A DNA stretch of 64,000 nucleotides, from contig LBYD01000001.1 in the NCBI GenBank assembly GCA_000995965.1, positions 76,923-140,922 on the forward strand, read 5' to 3'. Of this stretch, positions 8,677 through 18,881 are shown piece after piece. Each line of letters opens with the position of its first letter. The stretch's first letter is position 1. Below the pieces are notes generated by a model. That model saw nothing but the letters and a program-made list of their open reading frames with translations. It had not been told where the DNA came from and did not search any database. The position numbers and the translations under genes are program-made. Source of the stretch: Candidatus Moranbacteria bacterium GW2011_GWC2_40_12. GTDB lineage: Bacteria > Patescibacteriota > Minisyncoccia > Moranbacterales > UBA11712.

Positions 8677-9111
8677 ATGAAAATAAAATATTCAATGAAA
8701 AGTTTGAAAAAGTTTCTGGCCAACGCTTTTTCCGGGGGAAATCCGGAAAAAATCCTCGAGGATGTCCATTGCGAGCTCACCCGGAGAAATTTCGCGGTTG
8801 AGAGGTATGAGGACGTTTCCGGGATGGGGATTCGGGGCAGTTTGGACATCTACCCATCGGTTCAGGTCAATGTCTATATTCCCTTCACTTCCGCGTGGGA
8901 GCTGCAGGCGCTTCTCTTCTTCGAGGAGGATGACCAGCTCGAATTGGTGAGCCAGGTCCCCGATTTCAAGGAAAAAATCCTTTTGAGGCGCTATTCCCTG
9001 CCAATTAATCCCCGGGAAATCGCCAGAGCTTTGAGCACGGACGCCCTGCTTCTTGGCGCATTGCTGGCAACTATTCTCAAGCGCCAGGAAATTGAGGCAC
9101 GGCATGAATAG
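8677..9111 (+). CDS. Hypothetical protein (144 aa)
   Basis: aagGGAGGcaggccggtcaATG is an SD-like site 10 nt upstream of the ATG. It follows the promoter above. The alternative reverse-strand ORF 8692..9150 is less protein-like. Confidence 0.3.
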   Translation: MKIKYSMKSLKKFLANAFSGGNPEKILEDVHCELTRRNFAVERYEDVSGMGIRGSLDIYPSVQVNVYIPFTSAWELQALLFFEEDDQLELVSQVPDFKEKILLRRYSLPINPREIARALSTDALLLGALLATILKRQEIEARHE

Positions 9112-9202
9112 GGAGCGGGGCGGAGCGCCATTGGCGTCTTTGCCCCCCAATTTTCAATCAACATTTTTTGCTATAATCCTGACTTTACGTTAACATAAAT
9201 AC

Positions 9203-10150
9203 ATGAATGAATCCAGTCAGAAACCATATATATCCGTGATTGTTCCGCTTTATGACGAAGAGGGGAATGTGAGAGAATTGCACCAGAAAATAGTCGAAGC
9301 CTGCCGGGGACTTGGCAAGACTCTCGAAATTATTTTCATCGACGATGGAAGCACGGACAAGACGAATGAAATTTGCCGCGCATTGAGCCCCCTGAAGCTC
9401 ATCACCTTTCGAAAAAATTTCGGGCAGACAGCCGCCTTTGACGCGGGGATCAAAAATTCTTCGGGCGAAATCATTATCACAATGGACGGCGATCTTCAGA
9501 ATGATCCGGCGGACATCAAGCTGCTATTGGATAAATTAAGCGAAGGATACGACGTTGTTGCCGGCTGGCGGAAAAATAGGCAGGATTCCTTTATGAAGAA
9601 TCTTGCCTCGCGCGCGGCCAATATTGCCCGAAAATTTCTCATCAACGACGGAATTCATGACAGCGGGTGCAGTCTCAAGGCTTTCAAAAGGGAATGTTTT
9701 GACGATCTGGATTTGTATGGCGAGATGCACCGCTTTATCCCGGCACTCCTCAAGGTGCAGGGGTTCAAAGTGGCGGAAGTTCCAGTCAGCCATCATTCGC
9801 GCAAGAGCGGGGTGACGAAATACAACTGGAAGCGGGGAGTAAAGGGAATCGTTGATATGATCTCGGTCTGGTTCTGGAAAAAATACGCCAATCGGCCTTT
9901 GCATCTTTTTGGAGCGGGGGGTCTTGGGATATTTTTCCTGGGAATTTTGTCGGGAGCGGCGCTGGTCACGGCGCGCGTTTTCTATGCCGTCCCGATGTCG
10001 AACAAAATCTGGCCGCTCATCGCTGTTTTCCTGGTCCTGATGGGAATCCAACTCTTCATTTTCGGTCTTCTGGCTGATATCGCGGTCAAGAATTATTATA
10101 AAACGCAGGGGAAGATGAATTATAAAATAAGAGAGATTATCGAGAATTAA
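9203..10150 (+). CDS. GT2 polyprenyl-phosphate sugar synthase (GtrB/ArnC/DPM1-like undecaprenyl-phosphate glycosyltransferase) with C-terminal TM helices
   Basis: The N-terminus begins ISVIVPLYDEEGN. The DxD motif IFIDDGSTD is present. GQTAAFDAG and ITMDGDLQNDP are characteristic motifs. Two C-terminal TM segments are predicted. Confidence 0.8.
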   Translation: MNESSQKPYISVIVPLYDEEGNVRELHQKIVEACRGLGKTLEIIFIDDGSTDKTNEICRALSPLKLITFRKNFGQTAAFDAGIKNSSGEIIITMDGDLQNDPADIKLLLDKLSEGYDVVAGWRKNRQDSFMKNLASRAANIARKFLINDGIHDSGCSLKAFKRECFDDLDLYGEMHRFIPALLKVQGFKVAEVPVSHHSRKSGVTKYNWKRGVKGIVDMISVWFWKKYANRPLHLFGAGGLGIFFLGILSGAALVTARVFYAVPMSNKIWPLIAVFLVLMGIQLFIFGLLADIAVKNYYKTQGKMNYKIREIIEN

Positions 10151-11334
10151 TGAAAATTCTCACCATCGCCGCGACGCCTTTTTTTTCTGACCGGGGCGCT
10201 CATATGCGGATACTTAACGAAGCGAAATATCTCAAAAAATTGGGCGCCGAGGTGCGCCTTTGCGCTTATCATATTGGGGAAAATGTGCCGGGACTTGATA
10301 TCGAGCGTATCAAGGGCCCGAATAGCTACAAAAAAACATCTCCCGGTTTTTCCTGGGGAAAAATATGGCTGGACTGGAAACTCCTTTTTTTGGTTCGGCG
10401 GGAAATTAAAACATTTCAACCCGACGCGATCCACGCGCATCTTTGGGAGGGACTGGCTATCGGATATTTGGCGAAAAAATTGGCTTTTTGCGGAAAAATT
10501 CCGATAGTATTTGATTTGCAGGGGAATATCGATGAGGAATTTCAAAGTTACAGCCGAAAAAAATCAATCGCGCGGAAATTCTTTGTTTGGTTTTCAAAGA
10601 GAGTTATCAATTGGGCCGATAAAATTGTTGTCAGCAGTGAGAATGTCAAACTTCATCGTAGCGGTTTAATCGCTACGATCGTGCGGGATGGGATTGATTT
10701 GGATTTATTTCAAAATCTGCAAGACTTATCTAAAGTAGAATCGGATAAAATCGATAAAATTAAAAAGTGGGCTGGAGATAGTAAATTGCTGGTCTATATC
10801 GGAGGTTTGAGCGATAATAAGGGAGTCGGGGAGCTTTTGGAAGTTTTTGGAAAACTTGGCTTTGAGAAATTCCCCGACGAAAAGTCGGGGAAGGAAAAAG
10901 CCGAGCTTTGGGAAAAGAATAATTGGAAACTTCTATTGGGCGGATTTGGAAGTGACGAGGAAAAATACAAAAAATATATTACTGAAAAAAAACTGGAAAA
11001 ATCCGTGTATTTTGCCGGAAAAATTCCGTATTTTTCTTTGGCGCGCTATCTGGCATTGGCGGACGCTGGAATCGATCCCAAGAGCGGTTCGACCGAATCG
11101 AGCGGAAAGATAGCCAATCTTATGGCGGCGGGACTGCCAATAATTTGCTTCGGCACCAAATTTAATCGGGCGAGATTGGGCGAAAAGGGAATTTATTTGA
11201 AAAATATGAATGAATTGGCCGAAAAAATGAATACTTTTCAGGATACGGGAAAAATAGAATATGACATTGAAAATTTTAGCGAGGAAAAAGAAGCTCGGAA
11301 ATTGCTTGAAATTTTCCTATTACTTGTCAAATGA
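10150..11334 (+). CDS. GT4 (GT-B fold) glycosyltransferase
   Basis: TAATG stop/start overlap with the upstream gene. N-terminal MKILTIAATPFFSDRGAH. The C-terminal half carries the GT4 EX7E-like region. Confidence 0.7.
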   Translation: MKILTIAATPFFSDRGAHMRILNEAKYLKKLGAEVRLCAYHIGENVPGLDIERIKGPNSYKKTSPGFSWGKIWLDWKLLFLVRREIKTFQPDAIHAHLWEGLAIGYLAKKLAFCGKIPIVFDLQGNIDEEFQSYSRKKSIARKFFVWFSKRVINWADKIVVSSENVKLHRSGLIATIVRDGIDLDLFQNLQDLSKVESDKIDKIKKWAGDSKLLVYIGGLSDNKGVGELLEVFGKLGFEKFPDEKSGKEKAELWEKNNWKLLLGGFGSDEEKYKKYITEKKLEKSVYFAGKIPYFSLARYLALADAGIDPKSGSTESSGKIANLMAAGLPIICFGTKFNRARLGEKGIYLKNMNELAEKMNTFQDTGKIEYDIENFSEEKEARKLLEIFLLLVK

Positions 11335-12518
11335 AAACACTTCTCATAAAAACCGGAAAAGCGCTGAACGCCTTGAAGCAAGAAGGGCTGGTCCGCGGCG
11401 GAAAAAGGGTGGCAAAATCTTTTATAGCGCAATTTGGCCGGGTGCGGCCGGGGGATATTTTGTTTGTGACGCCGGGAGTGGGAGACAGCGCGATGTTTCG
11501 AGCGCATAACCAGGCTGAAGAGATGCGCCTTCATGAGTTCAAATGCAGTGTGACGATTCAGGATAATCCTTTTTTGCCGCGCTACGCGGATAAATTCAAA
11601 ATTTTCATTTTCCATCGGCCGGTTTGGACGAAAAATGTCGCAAAACTTTTTGAAAACGCCAAAAAACTTGGAAAGGAAATTATTTTCGAAACAGACGACC
11701 TGGTTTTCGACCCGAAACATGTTCAGGCGACGGAGCATTACAAAAAAATGAATATTTTTGAGCGTAAGCAATATGAAAAGGGAGCAGGAGAGGAGATCCT
11801 GAGGGATACGTATGTCAAGGCCTGCGCGACAACAACAAGCTTTCTCGCGAAAATTTTGGAAAAATACGGCAAAAAAGTCTTCATCTCGAAAAATAAGCTG
11901 TCGCTCAAAGATCTTGAAATCGCAGAAAATCTCTTGACGAAGGCTAAGCCTTCGTCAGATAATATTGGCTTGAGAATAGGATATTTTTCCGGAACCAAAG
12001 GGCATGATAAGAATTTTGCGACGATAGAAAATGCCCTGGTCAGGATTCTCGAAAAATACCCCGATATAAAATTATTTTTAGCCGGTCCGCTCAACATCAG
12101 TGAAAAATTCGGGAAGTTTCAAAGCCGGATCGAAAAATTTCCATTTGCGTTGCGCGAGGAGCACTTCAAAAATATCTCTGGAGTTGATATCAACATTATT
12201 CCTCTGGAAAAAAACAATGATTTTTGTGAGGCGAAATCGGAACTCAAATTTTTTGAAGCTGGGATTTTGGGAGTGCCCTCGGTGGCGGTAGACAATCAGA
12301 CTTATCGAGACGCGATTGATGATGGCGTTGACAGCTTTTTGGCCGGGAGTGAAAATGAGTGGGAAGAAAAAATTGAAAGGCTGATAGTTGACGGAGATCT
12401 TCGAAAAAATATGGGAAAAGAAGCGAGAGAAAAAACTATCCGCGAATATACGACAAAAAATAGCCACAGCAGCGAATATTATGATTATCTGCGGCTGAAA
12501 TTGAAAATGCAAAAGTAA
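11331..12518 (+). CDS. GT4 (GT-B fold) glycosyltransferase
   Basis: ATGA overlap with the upstream gene. C-terminal FFEAGILGVPSVAVDNQTYRDAIDDGVDSFL is a GT4 nucleotide-sugar binding motif. Confidence 0.7.
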   Translation: MKTLLIKTGKALNALKQEGLVRGGKRVAKSFIAQFGRVRPGDILFVTPGVGDSAMFRAHNQAEEMRLHEFKCSVTIQDNPFLPRYADKFKIFIFHRPVWTKNVAKLFENAKKLGKEIIFETDDLVFDPKHVQATEHYKKMNIFERKQYEKGAGEEILRDTYVKACATTTSFLAKILEKYGKKVFISKNKLSLKDLEIAENLLTKAKPSSDNIGLRIGYFSGTKGHDKNFATIENALVRILEKYPDIKLFLAGPLNISEKFGKFQSRIEKFPFALREEHFKNISGVDINIIPLEKNNDFCEAKSELKFFEAGILGVPSVAVDNQTYRDAIDDGVDSFLAGSENEWEEKIERLIVDGDLRKNMGKEAREKTIREYTTKNSHSSEYYDYLRLKLKMQK

Positions 12519-12610
12519 AAATTGTTATTTTTCGAATAGTCTGTCTTCGCACGAATGTGCGGACAAACGCGATACCTGCTTAATCGCCTTACACTTTTCA
12601 GATCAGATTT

Positions 12611-13606
12611 ATGGAAAATACCGCCATTGTCATTGTCAACTGGAACGGAAAGAAGTATCTCAAGGACTGCTTCGATTCGCTCCAAAAACAAACCTATGAA
12701 AATTTCAGGGTTATTTTTGTGGACAACGGGTCAACAGACGATTCAGTCAATTTTGTAAAAAATAACTACTTGGAAACTAAGTTTCCAAGTGTAAAAATAG
12801 TTCGATTAGAAAGGAATACCGGTTTCTGTTTTGGATATAACGTGGGCATCAAGTCGGCGCTTGAAGATCCTAAGATAAAATACGTAATTGTTCTCAATAA
12901 TGACACCAGACTGGATGAAAAATACGTCGAAGAATTGGCAAGATGCGCGAAAAAATATCCGGGTACAGGTTCCGTCCAGCCGAAAGTTTTGAATTTTTTT
13001 GAAAGGGAAAAAATTGATTGCGCCGGAATTTATATCACTCGCGACGGGACGGCCCATAACAGGGGATACGGAAGAGATGCAAGAAGATATAGTGAAGAAA
13101 AAGAAATTTTCGGCGCGAACGGGACAGCCTCGCTTTTTACCCGGGAGGCGCTTGAGAAAACAGCCCTTCTGGAGCATAATTATTTCGACAATGACCATTT
13201 TGTTTTCTATGAAGACGTGGATCTGGCCTGGCGGATGAAAAACGCGGGATTTAAGTCGTATTTTTGCCCGCAGGCGGTCGTATATCACGTCCACAGCGGA
13301 ACTGCCGGAAAAGGTTCGCTGATGAAAGCATATTATCTCCACCGAAACTATTTCTTCACTGTCATAAAAAATTATCCTTTTGGAAAAATGGCAAAAACGT
13401 TTTTTTGGCGATTTTTCAGCTATCTGAAGCTGGTCGCGAATATATTCAATAAAAAGAAACGGGAGACGGAATTCGTAAAAGGGCGGAGCAAAGCTGAAGT
13501 CGCCCTTGTGATTCTCAAGGCATGGGGGAGCGTCTTATGCAATTTATCGAGAATGATGAGAAAAAGAATGTTTATCAGAAAAAAGATTCATGAAAATCAA
13601 ATTTGA
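12611..13606 (+). CDS. GT2 glycosyltransferase (rhamnosyl/WbbL-like)
   Basis: IVIVNWNGKKYLKDCFDSL, VDNGSTDDS and YEDVDLAWR motifs are present. Confidence 0.75.
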   Translation: MENTAIVIVNWNGKKYLKDCFDSLQKQTYENFRVIFVDNGSTDDSVNFVKNNYLETKFPSVKIVRLERNTGFCFGYNVGIKSALEDPKIKYVIVLNNDTRLDEKYVEELARCAKKYPGTGSVQPKVLNFFEREKIDCAGIYITRDGTAHNRGYGRDARRYSEEKEIFGANGTASLFTREALEKTALLEHNYFDNDHFVFYEDVDLAWRMKNAGFKSYFCPQAVVYHVHSGTAGKGSLMKAYYLHRNYFFTVIKNYPFGKMAKTFFWRFFSYLKLVANIFNKKKRETEFVKGRSKAEVALVILKAWGSVLCNLSRMMRKRMFIRKKIHENQI

Positions 13607-15248
13607 CTGGAAAATAGTTTTGTTTTCGCTTGTCATCGCCCTCGCAATTTTTCTTCGCGTTTGGCATTTTTCGGACTGGCTTTTTTTCAAAATGGACCAG
13701 GCGCGGGATGCGTCAATTATAAAACAGGCCTTTGAGCTGGGCCCTGGCTGGCTTCCGCTTCTCGGTCCCAAAGCCGGCGGAACGGACCTGAACCTCGGGC
13801 CGGCCTTTTACTATTTCCAATATTTGGCGGCATCGCTTTTCCAAAGCGTCCATCCGGCAGTGCTGGCTTTTCCTGACCTCTTATTCGGAATACTTTCCAT
13901 ACCGCTTTTCTTCATATTTGCCAAAAAATATTTTTCCCGAAACTGGTCAATGATTCTGGCAAGCCTTTTTGCCGTTTCCTTTCTGGGAATCCAATATTCG
14001 CGTTTTTCCTGGAATCCAAACGGGCTCGTATTTTTCAATCTTCTGTTTTTTCTGTCGCTTCTAAATGTATTTGATAAAAATATAAAATACCATCTTCGCT
14101 GGGTGATTCTCGCCGGGATTTCCTTTGCAGTTTCGACCCAGCTTCACTTCCTTTCTTTTCTTACTTTGCCGGTGATTGCGGCGATATTTATAATATTCAA
14201 TTGGAAAGAGTCGAGAAAGGCGCTAAATTGGAGATACGTACTCTTTTTTTTGGCTATCATTCTTCTTATATATCTGCCGGTGATTCTGAATGAAATTGTT
14301 TCCAAGGGGGAAAATACCCATCAATTCATGTTGGCGCTCAAAGAAAAGCCGTCGGAGCACAGTTTTTGGAAAAACATAAAACGAGATATCCGCTATTGGG
14401 GTCAGAATTGGTTTTTGATTCTCACCAGTTGGATCAGCCGCAAGGGCGGAATAAACGGCGCGATTTTGTCATGGCTCGGCGCGATTTTTCCGGCCATTTA
14501 TCTCGGATACAAATCTTTTCGACGGGAGGAAAACGCCGTAAAGAAGAATTTTGTGCTGATTTCGCTTCTCTGGTTTTCTATATATTTTCTCGCTTATATC
14601 CCGATTGCCTATCAAATCCGGCCAAGATTTTTCCTGCCGCTTCTGGTGCTGCCTTTTATTTTCATCGGATATTTGGCGGTGTTTTTTTGGGAAAAAAAGC
14701 ATAAATTTTGGAAAATTTGCGTCTCTGCGGCCATTCTTTTGATTTTTTTGGGGAATTTGACCGGGACCTATTTTTGGTTTGAGGAAATAAGATCAGCCCA
14801 AAAAAAGGGGACTTACCCTTGGCGGACAATCATTCTAAAGGCCAAGGACGGAGTTGTGCTTTGGCACTTGGAGAAGGCGGCAAATTATATGAAAGAAAAT
14901 TGCCAGGCGAAGATAATATATTTTGACGCCCCTTCCGAATATAAAAGGCCGGTAAAATATTTGTTGAATCTGCGGGGAACAGAAGCCGCTTCGATTGAGA
15001 ATCTCAAAACAGGAGAACAAAAACAGTGTGTTTTCTCTTTGGGATTAACTCGGGCGAAAAAATTGTCCACGAGAGAGAAACTGGAAGCCGAATTCGATGT
15101 TGGCGAACAGCAAAAAATCGGCGCGCTGAGTGTCTATAAGCTTTCCCTCAAAGAAAATATTTCAGGCCAAACCTTGCCGTCTTACAAAGCAGGTGCGGAA
15201 GAGAATGAGAAATCGAATCGTATTTTTTGGAAAGATTTGTGGAAATAA
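13590..15248 (+). CDS. GT-C glycosyltransferase, ArnT/PMT family (GT83/GT39-like)
   Basis: Overlaps the upstream gene by 17 nt. The FFKMDQARDASII motif matches ArnT-type loop-1 DxxRDA. About 11 TM helices. It has a C-terminal soluble domain. Confidence 0.7.
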   Translation: MKIKFDWKIVLFSLVIALAIFLRVWHFSDWLFFKMDQARDASIIKQAFELGPGWLPLLGPKAGGTDLNLGPAFYYFQYLAASLFQSVHPAVLAFPDLLFGILSIPLFFIFAKKYFSRNWSMILASLFAVSFLGIQYSRFSWNPNGLVFFNLLFFLSLLNVFDKNIKYHLRWVILAGISFAVSTQLHFLSFLTLPVIAAIFIIFNWKESRKALNWRYVLFFLAIILLIYLPVILNEIVSKGENTHQFMLALKEKPSEHSFWKNIKRDIRYWGQNWFLILTSWISRKGGINGAILSWLGAIFPAIYLGYKSFRREENAVKKNFVLISLLWFSIYFLAYIPIAYQIRPRFFLPLLVLPFIFIGYLAVFFWEKKHKFWKICVSAAILLIFLGNLTGTYFWFEEIRSAQKKGTYPWRTIILKAKDGVVLWHLEKAANYMKENCQAKIIYFDAPSEYKRPVKYLLNLRGTEAASIENLKTGEQKQCVFSLGLTRAKKLSTREKLEAEFDVGEQQKIGALSVYKLSLKENISGQTLPSYKAGAEENEKSNRIFWKDLWK

Positions 15249-15314
15249 AACGGATTTTGATGTAAAATTAATCAGCCTGGATTCAAGTCTGGAAATTTTG
15301 AATTCTTGTTTTTT

Positions 15315-16043
15315 ATGAAAAATAAAGCAATTTCAGTTGTCATTCCCTGTTACAACGAGGAAAAGACAATCCAAAAAAATTTGTTGAAGGTTCACAATTA
15401 TCTCAAGGACCGTTTTGGGGTTTTCGAGATAATTGTCGTAAACGATGGCAGCAATGACGGGACGCTCAAGGAAATAAAAAAAATGGAGGACGATCTGCAT
15501 CTTCGCATAATTGATAATCAGGAAAATAAAGGAAAAGGCAAAGTTGTCAAGCAGGGGATTTTGGAGAGTTCCTGTGATCTTGTTATGTTTTTGGATGCTG
15601 ATCTGGGAATTCCCATAGAAGAGCTTCAAAAGTTTGTGCCTGAATTTGATCGCGGATATGATATCATTATTGCCTCAAGATTTGTTCCCGGTCTTCGCGT
15701 CATAAGGCCGGTTCTTTGGCACCGGCAGACCATGGAAAAAATTTTTCGTTTGCTCCGGTTGGCGATAATATGTGACCGGAACGTCAAGGATACGCAGTGC
15801 GGATTCAAGGTTTTTCAGAGGAAGGCAGCTATGGATATTTTTTCCCGAGTGACGGTCGGAAGGTTTGCTTTTGACGCAGAGGTAATCTTCATTGCCAATA
15901 AATTGAAATATAAAATCAAAGAGCTTCCTATTTCGCTTCAAAATCCGCCTAACAGCCATATCAGACTTTTTCGCGATCCCCTGAATATGGCGCTGGACCT
16001 GCTCAAAATCCGCTTGAATGCCTGGAGGGGAAAATACAAATAA
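15315..16043 (+). CDS. Soluble GT2 dolichyl/undecaprenyl-phosphate hexose synthase (DPM1/CsbB-like)
   Basis: SVVIPCYNEE, DxD-type IVVNDGSNDGT, FLDADLGIP and QCGFKVF motifs are present. No TM segments. Immediately followed by a GT-C-like membrane protein. Confidence 0.75.
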   Translation: MKNKAISVVIPCYNEEKTIQKNLLKVHNYLKDRFGVFEIIVVNDGSNDGTLKEIKKMEDDLHLRIIDNQENKGKGKVVKQGILESSCDLVMFLDADLGIPIEELQKFVPEFDRGYDIIIASRFVPGLRVIRPVLWHRQTMEKIFRLLRLAIICDRNVKDTQCGFKVFQRKAAMDIFSRVTVGRFAFDAEVIFIANKLKYKIKELPISLQNPPNSHIRLFRDPLNMALDLLKIRLNAWRGKYK

Positions 16044-18281
16044 ATGACGAAGGGAAAAAATCAAATGAAAAAACTCTGGAGCAACGAAAAAATCAGAATT
16101 ATTTTCTTCTACGCGCTTTTGACGGTAATTTTAACCTGGCCCTTTGCCTGGAATTTTTTCTCTTCTGTTCCGAGTCTTGGATCTGATACGATGCAGGTGA
16201 TCGGTGTAGCCGGGGAAAGAATGAATGTTCTCAAAGATCTGGGTGTTTTCAAAGGATCTGTTGAGCTTATGAAGCGATCGGAATTCAATATAGTCACTCT
16301 TTATGCCTTTTTTCAGCTCATTTTCGGCCGGATTGCCGGATATAATCTACTATTTTTCGCATCGTTTGTCCTTTCTGGTTTTGGAATGTATCTTCTTGCC
16401 TATTATTTCACCAAAAGCAAGCCGGCCTCGCTCATTGCCGGAATTATTTTCGCTTTTTTGCCGTTCCATGTCCACAATTCTTTGAGCACCAATGTTGGAA
16501 CAATGCATCAGGAGTGGCTGCCGTTTTTTGCGTTGTATCTTTTCCGGTTTTTCGATAATCTCAAGGCGAAAAACTTTCTATTGGCCGGTCTTTTTCTGGG
16601 ACTGATTGCCTTTACCGAACACCAACTTTTTGCTTTCACACTTATTTTTGTGTCTTTTTTTGTCGTATTCAAAATTTTCACCCAGCCGAGGATATTTCTC
16701 AAAAGAAAATTCTGGCTGTATGCAGTTGTCAGTTTCGTGGTCCTTTCGGCTGTTTCTCTTTTTATGTTCCGTTCACTTTTTGAGATCGCTTTTTCGGGCA
16801 ATAACTATCTTGATCCCGGATTCAAAGCGGCCGTGAAATATTCAAATGACGCCCTGAGTGTTTTCGTTCCGCCGAATTTCCATTCCTTTTGGCCCGGAGC
16901 CTTTTCGGGCTTGCGGGAAACATTCGAGCGGCGGACAGACAGCTCATTTTCGGCTTATGTCGGATTTCTGGTTCTTCTCTTGTCTGCCGCCGCATTTTTC
17001 AGGGACAGAGTATCCAAGAAATGGTTTTGGCTGGCGGTGGCAATCGGTTTTTATGTCCTTTCGCTCGGTCCGCATCTGCATTTCAAAGGAGAACTAGACC
17101 CGCCAGTCAAAATGCCATATCTTCTCGCCTATGAATATCTGCCGTTTTTCAACAACATTCGGACAGTTGGCAGATTGTTTGTGTTTTCGGCAGTGGCATT
17201 TTCGGTTTTGGCGGCGTGGGGAAGCGCGTATGTGATATTAAAAATAAGAAATAAAAGGGAAGAAATAAAAAATGAATTATTAAACGGCGATATCTCAAAA
17301 AGCGAACAAGTCGATATTTTTGGATCTAATCGCGGGCAAAAAATTTTATTTTTTGCGGTCAGCGCAGTTATCATTCTTGAATTTCTCGCAATTCCTGTCA
17401 AAACAAACTCACTCTTGCACTCCTCATTTTATGAAAAACTCGGCCAGGAAAAAGAAGATTATAACATTCTGGAGGTTCCCGGGAGCACGGATTATGACTT
17501 TGCCTCGCGCGATTTGGTTTGGAAGAGCATCCATCGAAAAAACACTATCAATGGTTATGATTTTGCCCGGGTGATTGACGATCACTACACATTTCAACGC
17601 GGAACCCCTGTCATTCGGACGCTGCTTTATGATATTCCGGAAGGGAACGAGAAACAAAATGACCGTGACATCATGAAGGATTCATATTACAAAATTTCAA
17701 ATGAAATCTTGAATTATTATAATATCCGATACGTTGTCTTGGACAAAGAGGGCCTCAAGGGAAATCCGGAAAAGGGAGACGCGGACCAGTTTTATTCCGC
17801 AAGGGCATACGCGCAAAATGTCTTGAAATGCAAAAGTGAATTCGAGGATGACTTTTTATTCGCTTGCGAGGTGAGCCGGGACGCCGCACCAAGGCATATG
17901 TTTGTGGCAATGGACTATTCCAACAAGCATTGGGTTGGAAAAGACAAAGGAAAAGACGGAATCCGGCGCTGGGCCGAGTCCGGTGCGGGAGTGAAAATTG
18001 TGAACATGTCGCCGGAGCCCCAAGAGGGAAAATTTAATTTTAAAGTAAAACTATATAAGCCGATACGGGTGATTGCGCTTCTGAACGGCGCGCCTGTTTT
18101 CGACAAATATATCACTCAATTTTCTGAAAAAACATACGTATCGGTTGATATTTCCGGCATAAAGTCCGGAGAAAATGAAATTATTTTTGAAGTCCGCGCC
18201 GCAAACGGTTTGGAAATTCGCTCTGAAAAAAAGTCAGACGTAGCGACGATATATGACGTGGAAGTGGAAGCGAAGAAATAG
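16044..18281 (+). CDS. Large polytopic membrane protein with C-terminal extracytoplasmic domain, YfhO/GT-C-like candidate glycosyltransferase
   Basis: 745 aa with at least 12 TM helices in the N-terminal 430 aa and a roughly 300-aa soluble C-terminus. Start codon abuts the stop of the DPM1-like gene. The arrangement recalls CsbB-YfhO and GtrB-GtrC pairs. Confidence 0.55.
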   Translation: MTKGKNQMKKLWSNEKIRIIFFYALLTVILTWPFAWNFFSSVPSLGSDTMQVIGVAGERMNVLKDLGVFKGSVELMKRSEFNIVTLYAFFQLIFGRIAGYNLLFFASFVLSGFGMYLLAYYFTKSKPASLIAGIIFAFLPFHVHNSLSTNVGTMHQEWLPFFALYLFRFFDNLKAKNFLLAGLFLGLIAFTEHQLFAFTLIFVSFFVVFKIFTQPRIFLKRKFWLYAVVSFVVLSAVSLFMFRSLFEIAFSGNNYLDPGFKAAVKYSNDALSVFVPPNFHSFWPGAFSGLRETFERRTDSSFSAYVGFLVLLLSAAAFFRDRVSKKWFWLAVAIGFYVLSLGPHLHFKGELDPPVKMPYLLAYEYLPFFNNIRTVGRLFVFSAVAFSVLAAWGSAYVILKIRNKREEIKNELLNGDISKSEQVDIFGSNRGQKILFFAVSAVIILEFLAIPVKTNSLLHSSFYEKLGQEKEDYNILEVPGSTDYDFASRDLVWKSIHRKNTINGYDFARVIDDHYTFQRGTPVIRTLLYDIPEGNEKQNDRDIMKDSYYKISNEILNYYNIRYVVLDKEGLKGNPEKGDADQFYSARAYAQNVLKCKSEFEDDFLFACEVSRDAAPRHMFVAMDYSNKHWVGKDKGKDGIRRWAESGAGVKIVNMSPEPQEGKFNFKVKLYKPIRVIALLNGAPVFDKYITQFSEKTYVSVDISGIKSGENEIIFEVRAANGLEIRSEKKSDVATIYDVEVEAKK

Positions 18282-18317
18282 CTTGAAAATTGGGTGAGAA
18301 AATGCTATACTTTATTC

Positions 18318-18863
18318 ATGCAAAAGCGCTTGTTTGTTGCAATAAGCCTTCCCGAGGATATAAGAAAGCGCCTGTTTCGGTTTGCCGAAAAAGAATACAA
18401 AAACTTGCCCGTAAAGTGGATCCGGCAGGAAAATATTCATCTGACGCTGAACTTTTTGGGATACATCCTGGATGAAAATGTCTTGGATATCTGCCAGTCC
18501 GTTCAAAATGCCGCTGAAAATATCAACTCTTTTGAGATGCGATTTACTGGCGCAGAATTGGGGCCAAACAGCAAGTCAAAAAAAATGATCTGGGTAACGG
18601 GAGAGAAAAGCAGAGAACTTTCGAAGCTCAAAAATGAATTGGACAAGTCATTGGGATTTTTCGAGAGAGAAATGAAAGATTTCAAGCCTCATATTACGAT
18701 TGGAAGAGTCCGGAAAAAGGAGTGGAAAAAAATCCATCCCGAGCCTTCGGTGGACAGGAACTTCAGGTTTTCAATTCCGGTTTCATCGGTTGAAATTTTT
18801 GAAAGCAGATTTGAAAAGGGAAAAAGAGTTTATTATAAATTGGAATCGTTTTCGCTAAGGTGA
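18318..18863 (+). CDS. thpR: RNA 2-prime,3-prime-cyclic phosphodiesterase / 2-prime-5-prime RNA ligase (2H family, ThpR/LigT)
   Basis: Two H-x-T/S-x motifs are present: HLTLNFLG and HITIGRV. Start is the ATG at 18318, preceded 9 nt upstream by tatact. Confidence 0.7.
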   Translation: MQKRLFVAISLPEDIRKRLFRFAEKEYKNLPVKWIRQENIHLTLNFLGYILDENVLDICQSVQNAAENINSFEMRFTGAELGPNSKSKKMIWVTGEKSRELSKLKNELDKSLGFFEREMKDFKPHITIGRVRKKEWKKIHPEPSVDRNFRFSIPVSSVEIFESRFEKGKRVYYKLESFSLR

Positions 18864-18881
18864 AAATGCGAATTATCCCGA

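Noticed and set aside
8692-9150. Alternative minus-strand ORF opposite the 8677..9111 hypothetical gene
   Set aside because: The plus-strand frame has a promoter and an SD-like GGGAGG. The minus-strand frame has a less protein-like composition and no signals. Both remain weakly supported.
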